The translations under genes were made by a program, and so were the position numbers. The notes beneath the pieces were generated by a model. The model searched no databases and was not told the DNA's origin. It saw only the letters and a list, made by a program, of their open reading frames with translations. A stretch of DNA of 64,000 nucleotides from Gemmatimonadota bacterium. GTDB taxonomy: Bacteria > Gemmatimonadota > Gemmatimonadetes > Gemmatimonadales > GWC2-71-9. Shown one piece after another: positions 10,203 through 18,948 of this stretch. Every line of letters starts with the position of its first letter. The stretch's first letter is position 1. Where the stretch lies: positions 1 to 64,000 of the forward strand of contig JAZDCZ010000347.1 in the NCBI GenBank assembly GCA_036679605.1. The letters are read 5' to 3'.

Positions 10203-10945
10203 TGGCGACCGCGATATTCAGTATCTGGCGCGGCGACGCTACCGGCGGAGATTTCAAGACGTACGAGATCGAAACAACCGATGGCATGGTGATTCTAGAC
10301 GTGGTACGCCAAGTGCAGGAGCAACACGCCAACGATTTGGCTGTGCGATGGAACTGCAAAGCCGGCAAGTGCGGATCCTGTTCGGCAGAGGTGAACGGCA
10401 TGCCGAAGCTGATGTGCATGACACGGCTGAGCGAGCTGCCGACGGACGACACCATCTCAATAGCACCGATGAAGGCGTTTCCGGTGATCCGCGATCTGGT
10501 TACAGACGTGTCGCACAACTACGAGGTAAAGAAAAAGATCAAACCGTTCAAGCCGCGTGCCCCGGATGCTGCGGATGGCACTTGGCGCATGTACCAAAAG
10601 GACGTCGATCGTGTGCAGGAGTTCCGCAAGTGTATTGAGTGTTTTCTTTGCCAAGATGTCTGCCACGTGTTGCGCGAACATCACTTGCACGATGAGTTCA
10701 TCGGCCCAAGATTTGTGGTGCACGCCGCGCAACTCGAGATGCATCCCATCGACGACGAGGACCGTCTGGATGACCTCCGCAAGCTGCACGGGATCGGTTA
10801 CTGCAACATCACAAAGTGCTGCACCAAAGTCTGCCCGGAGGACATCGCGATCACCGACAACGCGATCATTCCCCTCAAGGAGCGCGTGGTTGACGAGGCA
10901 TACGATCCGCTGCGAATGATCATGCGGCTGCTGCGCCGCGAATAG
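10202..10945 (+). CDS. sdhB: Succinate dehydrogenase/fumarate reductase iron-sulfur subunit
   Basis: CKAGKCGSC...C, CIECFLCQDVC, CNITKCCTKVCP; TGATG coupling to sdhA. Confidence 0.95.
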   Translation: MATAIFSIWRGDATGGDFKTYEIETTDGMVILDVVRQVQEQHANDLAVRWNCKAGKCGSCSAEVNGMPKLMCMTRLSELPTDDTISIAPMKAFPVIRDLVTDVSHNYEVKKKIKPFKPRAPDAADGTWRMYQKDVDRVQEFRKCIECFLCQDVCHVLREHHLHDEFIGPRFVVHAAQLEMHPIDDEDRLDDLRKLHGIGYCNITKCCTKVCPEDIAITDNAIIPLKERVVDEAYDPLRMIMRLLRRE

Positions 10946-10987
10946 ACGAGAATGTGTCGCTAGCCGGCTGCGCGAAGGAGGTACACG

Positions 10988-11488
10988 ATGTTTGAACTCA
11001 AGACGTTGTCGAAGGAAAGCGTCGGTGCCGCGCTGGAAAGAGCAGAGCGCTACCGACTTCTGAACGAACCCAGAGAAGCCGAAAGCATTTGCCGCGACAT
11101 TTTGCAGATCGAGCCGGAGAACCGACAAGCACTGGTCACTCTGTTGCTGTCGTTGACCGACCAATTCGAGACCGGGAAGAAGGGAGGGGTCGAGGAGGCA
11201 CGCACCTTGGCCGCCAAATTCACCAACGAGTACGACCGATCCTACTACTCCGGTATCATTAGCGAGCGACAAGGCAAGGCGTCACTCGGCCGGTCAGCAC
11301 CCGGCGCGTGTTCCGTCGCCTACGGATGGTTCCAGGAGGCGATGGACTGGTACGAGCAGGCTGAGCTGATCCGGCCGGCCGGAAACGACGACGCGTTGCT
11401 GCGCTGGAACACGTGCGCCCGCATCATCATGGCAGACAAGAACATTAGACCGGCACCCGAGGATGATTTCCGGCCGATGTTGGAGTAG
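10988..11488 (+). CDS. Hypothetical helical (TPR-like) protein
   Basis: 166 aa; GGAGG RBS; helical pattern AESICRDILQIEPENRQAL; follows sdhB. Confidence 0.7.
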   Translation: MFELKTLSKESVGAALERAERYRLLNEPREAESICRDILQIEPENRQALVTLLLSLTDQFETGKKGGVEEARTLAAKFTNEYDRSYYSGIISERQGKASLGRSAPGACSVAYGWFQEAMDWYEQAELIRPAGNDDALLRWNTCARIIMADKNIRPAPEDDFRPMLE

Positions 11489-11580
11489 CGCGTCGGCGGC
11501 AAGCGATTCATCACTGCCCCAACGACCGACCACCCTTTTCGATCAGTATTCGTCTGCGCAGAATACTCGTCGTTGGACGT

Positions 11581-14217
11581 TCATCTCCCCACCCTGGCCT
11601 TTAACTCCTCAAACCAATTCGCCACGACGGTTAGGGGCACCGACCCAGTCCCCGATTCAACTTTGACCATGAGGAATCCACCACCTCGCGGGTCTACATC
11701 GTAGGCGGTGTGGTTGTTTCCACCCTGGTAGCGGTCGTCGAACAAGGCCTCACGTCTGGTGACTCTGAATGACGGCGAGGTTTGAACGGCCGCGGCCATC
11801 ATCTCGCTGCCTGTGCGGTAGAACAACTCGCTTTCATCCCGGGCCCACGCCGGTTCGCTACCACCGTCGATCGACACCTGTGTCTGCCCAATAGGCTCCG
11901 GGAACGCGCGCACGTAGATCTCGTCGCGTCCCGATTGATTGGAGACGTACGCCAACCAACGCCCGTCCGGCGAGAGCGCCAAAGCTCGCTCGTCGAAGGT
12001 GCTCTGAGCGAAAGCCCGCGGTGTTCGATCTTCTCCGTCTAACGGTGCCACCAGGATGTCTCTTCCGGTGTTTGGATAACTTTCCCTGAACGCAAGCCAT
12101 TTGGCATCGGGCGACAGAGCGCTCTCCCAAACGTTGTACTCGCTCTCAAAGAACAGCTCCGCCCGGGTACTACCATCCGCCGGGAAGGAATACAGGTTTT
12201 GCCCTCCATCTCTCGAAGATGAATAAACCACCCGCGCGCCGTCGGGAGTCCACGTCGGGTAGACGTTGGTCCCTTCGAAGGTTCTTACCGATAGCGTGCG
12301 CTGCTCGACATCGTACAGCCAGATATGATCGCCAATTTCCACGGCCACTCGATCGCCGCTGGGGGAAAAGCGCGGATAGCCGAAGGCCAGGGCTCTGTCA
12401 TCGAGCACGGTCTCTATCCCCTGACGGTCTACCGTCACCAGAACGCCGCCCTGCACCCCGGCTCCGGGAACGAAAACCAGAGAACCAGTTCCCGAAACTG
12501 CCAGCTCTACCGCCCCTCCCCCCGCCACGGCCACACCCTCCAAGAGTGGAATGGCTTGGCCGGTCACCGCTAGGCTCCCGATGTCAAACGGCACGGCCAC
12601 CGCGGTGCCGTCTGATCTGGCGTACACCAAATGCCCCGTGCTGGCGTAGTGTGGGCCCGTACCCACCTCCGAAAGCCGAGTTACCACTCCCGACTCCAGC
12701 GAGGCAACTGCAATCTGGGCCTCGGTGACGCTACCCAACCAATTGGTGAACACCACAGCCTTGCCGCCGGGCAGAATTTCCGGCCAAATATGAGAGGCCT
12801 CTCCTGCCGCGGTGTCCGGCACGGTAATGGCTTCGGGCGTTCCGCCCGCACCCGGAACCCGCATCAAACCACCATTGGGCACACCAAACACGATTACGTC
12901 GCCTGGTCCCCAACTGGCGCCCAGTATCAGTCCGGTTTGCGCAATGGGCAGGGGCGGCCCGCCAGCGGCGGGCACTTTTTTCAATTGTCCATCGGCAAAG
13001 AAACCCAACCACTGTCCATCAGGCGAGAAAAACGGTTGAGACGCGCCCTCCGTGCCGGAAATCGGCCGCGCCTCGAGTTCGGCGATGGCACGACCGTAGA
13101 GTTGTGTTCCACTTTCAGCCTGGCCGCGATATACCAATCGCGAGCCATCAGCAGAAAATGCCACGTCTACTCCCGTGGTATTGTCAAACCGCTGGTCTTC
13201 GCCCGGTGTCACAATGAACCGTACGGCCTGTGTTCGTGTTGTGGGCACGGGTTTGAGCCAGCCCCACAGTGCCATGCCCGCCAGCACCGCCGCCACGGCC
13301 GGCCACGCGAAGCGCGACCACGGCGGCTTCCCTTCGGCCTCCTCCCCTACAGCCGGCACAGGAGCCGCGGACGGTAGCGTGAACGCCGTGTTAGTAAGCG
13401 CCTCGGCAAAATCCGCCGCACTCGTAAAACGATCGGCGGGTAACTTGGAGAGCGCCTTGGTAACGGATGCCGCAACGTGCGACGGCACAGTATCTCGATG
13501 GGTCGTAACAGGCGGCGCCTTCTCCGTTATCACCTTCGCCACTATCGCTTGCGCGGTAGAGCCCTGATACGGCGGATCGCCCGCCAGCATCTCGTATAAC
13601 ATCGCGCCGAGCGAGTACACATCGCTGCGTGCATCCAGCTCACGATCGCCCATCGCCTGTTCGGGACTCATGTAGTGCGGCGTTCCTATCGAGAGTCCCG
13701 TCTCGGTGAGCCGCTGCCCGCTCGCCTGACTCACGGCTAACGCAATCCCAAAGTCAGCCACCAGCGCCTGGCCGTCGTGCATCAGGATGTTCTCGGGCTT
13801 GATGTCACGGTGGATCACACCCTGCCTATGGGCATAGTCCAGAGCCGCCGCAACGCATTTCGCGATCTCTACCGCGTTCTCGATGGAAAGCTGCTTCTCG
13901 CGATTCAGCTTCACCCGCAGCGATTCCCCTTCCACATAGGGCATCACATAGAACAGGAAACCGTCGGCATCGCCTGAGTCGTGCAGCGGCAGGATGTGGG
14001 GATGCTGCAGGTTTGCCGTGACCTCGATCTCTTGCAAGAAACGCTCGGCCCCGATCATCGCCGCGAGTTCCGGCCGCAATACCTTCAGCGCGACCTTGCG
14101 GTTGTGCTTCGTATCGTGGGCCAGATAGACGGTCGCCATTCCGCCTTCGCCCAAATGGCTCTCGATGCGGTAGCGGTCGGCTAGTGCCGTGGTGAGTTGG
14201 CCGGTTATGTCAGGCAT
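11581..14217 (-). CDS. Ser/Thr protein kinase with a TM helix and TolB-like PD40 beta-propellers
   Basis: LGEGGMATV, HRDIKPEN, DFG, GTPHYMSPE; repeated SPDG/TPDG motifs. Confidence 0.93.
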   Translation of the reverse strand: MPDITGQLTTALADRYRIESHLGEGGMATVYLAHDTKHNRKVALKVLRPELAAMIGAERFLQEIEVTANLQHPHILPLHDSGDADGFLFYVMPYVEGESLRVKLNREKQLSIENAVEIAKCVAAALDYAHRQGVIHRDIKPENILMHDGQALVADFGIALAVSQASGQRLTETGLSIGTPHYMSPEQAMGDRELDARSDVYSLGAMLYEMLAGDPPYQGSTAQAIVAKVITEKAPPVTTHRDTVPSHVAASVTKALSKLPADRFTSAADFAEALTNTAFTLPSAAPVPAVGEEAEGKPPWSRFAWPAVAAVLAGMALWGWLKPVPTTRTQAVRFIVTPGEDQRFDNTTGVDVAFSADGSRLVYRGQAESGTQLYGRAIAELEARPISGTEGASQPFFSPDGQWLGFFADGQLKKVPAAGGPPLPIAQTGLILGASWGPGDVIVFGVPNGGLMRVPGAGGTPEAITVPDTAAGEASHIWPEILPGGKAVVFTNWLGSVTEAQIAVASLESGVVTRLSEVGTGPHYASTGHLVYARSDGTAVAVPFDIGSLAVTGQAIPLLEGVAVAGGGAVELAVSGTGSLVFVPGAGVQGGVLVTVDRQGIETVLDDRALAFGYPRFSPSGDRVAVEIGDHIWLYDVEQRTLSVRTFEGTNVYPTWTPDGARVVYSSSRDGGQNLYSFPADGSTRAELFFESEYNVWESALSPDAKWLAFRESYPNTGRDILVAPLDGEDRTPRAFAQSTFDERALALSPDGRWLAYVSNQSGRDEIYVRAFPEPIGQTQVSIDGGSEPAWARDESELFYRTGSEMMAAAVQTSPSFRVTRREALFDDRYQGGNNHTAYDVDPRGGGFLMVKVESGTGSVPLTVVANWFEELKARVGR

Positions 14218-14393
14218 GACGGCCACGGATGATCATAAAAACGGTTTTTGATCGGCTTCAATAGGGGCATGAGGACACCTAATGGACATGGAGGACACTA
14301 AGATGGCTGTGGATCCACCGGAAGGCCAGTGCGCAATGCCGACCGCACACTCAGCCTCGCCGGAGGAGCCGTCTCCACTCTATGGTTACACAG

Positions 14394-14428
14394 AAAAAAA
14401 CGGTCGGGCAACTCTCGCTGCCCGACCG
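14394..14428 (-). terminator. Rho-independent terminator of the TBDR operon
   Basis: Minus strand reads CGGTCGGGCA-GCGAGAGT-TGCCCGACCG-TTTTTTT, 35 nt after the TBDR stop. Confidence 0.88.
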
Positions 14429-14463
14429 TAGCTTGTTAGCTCATTCCTCTATCTTGCAGGTCG

Positions 14464-17400
14464 CTAGAAAATGTACCGGAAGGCAAGCTGCGCTTGGAAC
14501 TGGAGAATGAGATTGGAACCCAATAGGTCTTCCTGGCCGAACCGCGAGTTGACCGAATAGAGGAGCCGATTGTTGGCCCGGTCGAACGATTCTGCGTTGA
14601 TCACTTCTCGGTTCGCAGCGAAGACACCCGTGACGCGGCCCAATCCACAGACGCCTGAAGTTGGATCGAAGTCTTCAGCCTTTTCATCGCACAGCAGCCG
14701 ACCCAGACCATTTAGCACGTTGAAGAAATCCACCTGGATCTCGGCGCGTTTGCCACCTGGAAGATTGAACCCCTTTGTAACGCGAGCGTCGAGATTGTGA
14801 GTCCAGGGGAACCTACAGGTGTTGCGGTCGACGATACCACCCACAAAGTCGCCAAGGCAACTGTTCTCGCTTAGGAGTTGAGCGTAGAGATCTCGCTCCA
14901 CCTGCTCTTCGGGAGTGCCCGCCGATTCCAGTGGTAAATCAGCGGCTGCGAAGATGAAGGGACGATCGTTGAACTCCAGGCCGTCACCGTTCAGGTCATC
15001 GCCGCCCTGTACGGACCAGGGCCGTCCGCTCTGGCTGCGCCAGATCGCGCCGATCTGAAAGTCCAATGGGAGTCTCGCCTGAACGGTCGCTATGAACGTA
15101 TTCGTGCGGGCGAAGTCGCTGCGGCCCCACGAGTGATCGGAGTCACCGAATCCGCCGATCTCGTTCGGGCCGAACGCCCCCAGGCTCGGATCGTCGTACC
15201 CGCCGCTAGCCGTACAACATGAATACGGTGAGTTGTCCCACGCCTTGGTATACGTGTAGGACGCGGTGAAGTTGACGTTGCGGCTAAGACGATGATCTGC
15301 CTCAATATTCACTATATAGGACCGAGCTCGGCCGTCATTGAAATTCACGAACACGTCGCTGAACGCCAAGTTGCGACGGGCGCCGGTCTCGTTCCCGCCG
15401 GTGGGATTGAACTGGCTTTCTGGCGTAAACACGCGACGATTGCTCTCGCCAGAAATCGTGAACTGCATGTCGCGCAGATTGAGATTGCGGACGGTGTACA
15501 GGTTGGTCGATTGAGAGAACAGCAAGTCCACCGATACACGCGTCCGGTCGCCCAGTGCGGTTTCATAGCCGACATTGGCCTTGATCGTCTCGGGCAACTC
15601 AAAGTCATCGACCCATAGAGTGTACGTCGGCACCCCTCCGGCCGCCTGCGACGCACACGTGATCGGGCTGTTATCACCATTAACGGCCCAGCCACCAAAG
15701 CCGTCGACCGGCGGCGGGGCGTCCGGATCGCCATCGGCAGCCGAGCCATTACAGATGACCTCCTGAAGTGGTCGCTCGGTTTGCAACACGTTGCCGCCCA
15801 GCACGGCCGGCACTCGACCATAGAAATACCCCACACCCGCCCGGACCACCGACCGCCCATCCCCTCTGAGATCGTATGCCAACCCGAGTCGAGGTGAAAT
15901 GTTGTCGTTATCCGTCGGCGCGAATCCGGTCTTGAAGCCGAACGCCCGTTCCACATCGATTACGGGGGTCGGGCTGTCGCGGAACGCCTGCTGACCGTAT
16001 CGCAAGCCAAGCGTAGCAGTCAGCTTTCGTGTAACTTGCCACTCGTCCTGGGCGTAAACTGCCCAGTCTATTACATCGAATGTGGACCGCGGAATGCCGC
16101 CGCCCTGTTGGATTGGCCGGAAGAATGTTGCCGGACGGAAGTTATCGAAGTCATCTACACTGTTGAAGACGAACTCCCCCGCGCCCTGGTTTTGCGTGCC
16201 AGGATTCATGAATTGGTTCAGAATGTGAGTAAAGAGAAAGTTCCCGCCGACTTTGACGGTGTGGTTGCCATACACCTTGGTCAGGTTGTCGATGAGTTGG
16301 AACTTCGTCTCTTCCAGGTTGTTGTTGAACGAGGCGAACGAACCTCCGTAGCGGATGCGCTGACTGCTCGGCAAATTGACCGTGAGTGCGGGTCTCAGAT
16401 CTTTTCCCTGGCGGGGACGCGTCTCATGCGAGATCTGCGTGCGAAGCACGTTGAATGTGTTGTCTCCCAATACCGAATTGAGTTCGCCAACAAACGAGTT
16501 CGAGTGACTCTCGAGCTTTTCTGCGCGGGAGATGCCGTAGGCGAAATCGAAGTTTCCGTTCCACTCGTTGTCGTTGTTGAAGGTCGAGAAGTTGTGACGC
16601 AGAGTAAGCCGGTGGTTTGCGTTGAGCGTCCAATCGACCCGGCCAAAGATCGTTATGGCATCGGACTTTGTAGAGAACGGATTGTAGCCCCCGCGCGGGT
16701 TGTTCGTGACGCCATACTTGTTTTCCAGAATATCGAAGTACCGTTCGATATCGTTGAATACCAGCGAGTCCTCTTCTGCACCTCCGGGAGCGAACCGGGA
16801 TTGGGAGATCGGCAGTTGTGGCTCCCGCCTGCGCTGCGCGTCCACAGAGACCAGGAAGAACGCCTTGTCTCGAATGATAGGACCGCTCAACCTTCCGGCG
16901 AATTGCTGTACCTCGTAATTGGTGGTGATCTCGGGGTCGCTTGCATCCTCGATGAATGGGCTAGCTGTGAGCTTATCGTCACGAAAATTGGCGTAAAGAC
17001 TCCCCTCGATCTCGTTGGTACCGCCCCGAGTGACTACGTTCACGATCCCACCGGAGTATGATCCATACTCTACGTCAAATCCGTTCGTAATGATTTGCAG
17101 CTCACGGATCGACTCGAGCGAGAAGACGAACGGAATCCTGGACCCGCCGCGGTTCTCGCCGAAGAACGAGTTGTTGGCATCCACCCCATCGATCTGGATG
17201 CTCGTCTGCGATGCGCGCTGGCCCCCGATCGCGAACTGGCCACCGGTTGTTCTTCCAGGATCGGGAGCAACGAGACCTGAAAGGTTTACAAAATCGACGA
17301 AGTCGCGGCCCAACGATGGTAGCTGCTCGAGTTCCGCCGTCCCCACCAACTGCGTCATGCCACCATCGTTGACATCTATGGATATGGGAAGAGCGGTGAC

Positions 17401-17781
17401 GGTTAGGGCTTCCAATGCCACTGCCGCCGTGGTCAACGAGAAATTGGTGGGAGAGGACGAGCCCAGGGTCACTGCGACGCTCGCGGCCATGCTGGGCCGG
17501 TATCCGATGATCCGGGTCGTCACGTCGTATGTGCCCGGTGGCAGCAAGCGGAGAACGTATAGACCGTCGTCTGATGTTCGAGACACACGCTCGAAACCGG
17601 TCTCTACGTTACGAGCCGTGACCAGCACGTCGGCAATTGCTTGGCCCGAGTTGCTGTCCGTGATCCGGCCGCGAACGTTACCAGTCGTGCTGACGTTCTG
17701 CGCGTGGGTCGGTGTAGCCTCAATTGACCCCAGCAATGCGATGGCGCCGACGGCAACGAGGAATCGGATTGACTTGCTCAT
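14464..17781 (-). CDS. TonB-dependent receptor (Oar-like) with an N-terminal carboxypeptidase-regulatory-like domain
   Basis: Signal peptide MSKSIRFLVAVGAIALLG...HAQ; plug motif IDGVDANNSFFG, EYGSYSGGIVNVVTRGGTN; YAQDEW; ends in RYIF. Confidence 0.92.
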   Translation of the reverse strand: MSKSIRFLVAVGAIALLGSIEATPTHAQNVSTTGNVRGRITDSNSGQAIADVLVTARNVETGFERVSRTSDDGLYVLRLLPPGTYDVTTRIIGYRPSMAASVAVTLGSSSPTNFSLTTAAVALEALTVTALPISIDVNDGGMTQLVGTAELEQLPSLGRDFVDFVNLSGLVAPDPGRTTGGQFAIGGQRASQTSIQIDGVDANNSFFGENRGGSRIPFVFSLESIRELQIITNGFDVEYGSYSGGIVNVVTRGGTNEIEGSLYANFRDDKLTASPFIEDASDPEITTNYEVQQFAGRLSGPIIRDKAFFLVSVDAQRRREPQLPISQSRFAPGGAEEDSLVFNDIERYFDILENKYGVTNNPRGGYNPFSTKSDAITIFGRVDWTLNANHRLTLRHNFSTFNNDNEWNGNFDFAYGISRAEKLESHSNSFVGELNSVLGDNTFNVLRTQISHETRPRQGKDLRPALTVNLPSSQRIRYGGSFASFNNNLEETKFQLIDNLTKVYGNHTVKVGGNFLFTHILNQFMNPGTQNQGAGEFVFNSVDDFDNFRPATFFRPIQQGGGIPRSTFDVIDWAVYAQDEWQVTRKLTATLGLRYGQQAFRDSPTPVIDVERAFGFKTGFAPTDNDNISPRLGLAYDLRGDGRSVVRAGVGYFYGRVPAVLGGNVLQTERPLQEVICNGSAADGDPDAPPPVDGFGGWAVNGDNSPITCASQAAGGVPTYTLWVDDFELPETIKANVGYETALGDRTRVSVDLLFSQSTNLYTVRNLNLRDMQFTISGESNRRVFTPESQFNPTGGNETGARRNLAFSDVFVNFNDGRARSYIVNIEADHRLSRNVNFTASYTYTKAWDNSPYSCCTASGGYDDPSLGAFGPNEIGGFGDSDHSWGRSDFARTNTFIATVQARLPLDFQIGAIWRSQSGRPWSVQGGDDLNGDGLEFNDRPFIFAAADLPLESAGTPEEQVERDLYAQLLSENSCLGDFVGGIVDRNTCRFPWTHNLDARVTKGFNLPGGKRAEIQVDFFNVLNGLGRLLCDEKAEDFDPTSGVCGLGRVTGVFAANREVINAESFDRANNRLLYSVNSRFGQEDLLGSNLILQFQAQLAFRYIF

Positions 17782-17852
17782 AATCGGCTTATTTCCATTT
17801 GAAGTCCGTCGAACCGGTGATAGCGAAGCGGCATAGCGAGAACCTCTGAACT

Positions 17853-18905
17853 TTAGTTGCACGCCACCACCTCCATGTCAGCCGCATCCATAGATCTGAG
17901 GAAGATCTGCCCAGCTCCTGAGAAGGTCGCCCCGAATCCCTGGAAGTTGTAGCACAACCCAAGAGTGAAAAGGTTAGGGAGATCGGCTTGAGGGGCCACG
18001 CCGGTAAGGACCCGGATAGTTACGGCTCCGCTTCCGTCATCTATCAGCGCGTTCGATCTGCTGGCCTGTGTTCCGAATTGTGCAACCAATTCGGCCTTCT
18101 CGAGCCGTACGAATCTACCTTGGAGCAAATCTTTAAAGTCTGCACCGGACGCTGCCAGTGCGGCTGTTGTCACCGTGTCCGGCTGCGGATTGGGCTCGAC
18201 GCCCTGTACCGTATCGCGGAGCACAGGGTTCAGAAATTCAAAGTCACCAGAGAACTCACCCGTGTTAGCTCCAATCTCCAACTGGTCACCGACCTGGATA
18301 CCGATGCCTTCCAAGTTAGTTGCGCCGAAGATCACAGCACCGGCGGTAGCGTCTTGGATGTACGTGCGACCTGTTTCGACTTGTCCGGGGAACGATGTCA
18401 CCAGGCCTCGAACGACAACGAAATCACCGCCAGACCCTAGATCCTTTGCTTCAGCGATCGTTATGAGGCATCCCGGTCGTCCGCGCACCTCGGCAAATCG
18501 AGTCTCTTTTATGAACACCGATACCTGAACCGGATTCTCACAAATGCTGACGGAATCCGGGATGGTCAGTGTATCGAACGACATGTCGTGCGTGCCGGCT
18601 GTAACGTTGAGGAAACTGAAGCGGCCATCAGCTGCGGATACCTGCGTAGAGCTGCCCGCCAGCGTAACGTCAGTGCCTCGGTCTCTAAGTGTGATCCCGA
18701 TACCGGCAATCGCGAAGTCGCCATCGGACGGGTCAAACAGACCATCTTCGGAGACATCGAAGAAGAGGAACCCCTCGATGTCCCCGGTTCCGTCGAGCTT
18801 CACCTGTGGGTCGATGTCCGTGTCGCACCCCACCATCGCGGCGATGGCGGCCAAACCGAACCACCGAATGCCGGATCGGACGCGCAAAAGCATGTTGGAA
18901 TCCAC
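17853..18905 (-). CDS. Lipoprotein with an SdrD-B-like domain and a tandem OB-fold module
   Basis: Lipobox MVGC; GFLFFDVSEDGLFD (SdrD/Cna-B-like); VRGLVT...YIQDATAG...VGD...G (YhcR-like OB fold). Start uncertain (18893, 18905 or 18947). Confidence 0.72.
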   Translation of the reverse strand: MDSNMLLRVRSGIRWFGLAAIAAMVGCDTDIDPQVKLDGTGDIEGFLFFDVSEDGLFDPSDGDFAIAGIGITLRDRGTDVTLAGSSTQVSAADGRFSFLNVTAGTHDMSFDTLTIPDSVSICENPVQVSVFIKETRFAEVRGRPGCLITIAEAKDLGSGGDFVVVRGLVTSFPGQVETGRTYIQDATAGAVIFGATNLEGIGIQVGDQLEIGANTGEFSGDFEFLNPVLRDTVQGVEPNPQPDTVTTAALAASGADFKDLLQGRFVRLEKAELVAQFGTQASRSNALIDDGSGAVTIRVLTGVAPQADLPNLFTLGLCYNFQGFGATFSGAGQIFLRSMDAADMEVVACN

Positions 18906-18948
18906 TGGATGTCTTCCTCTTAAACAGTTCATAGTTCGAATCGTCACG

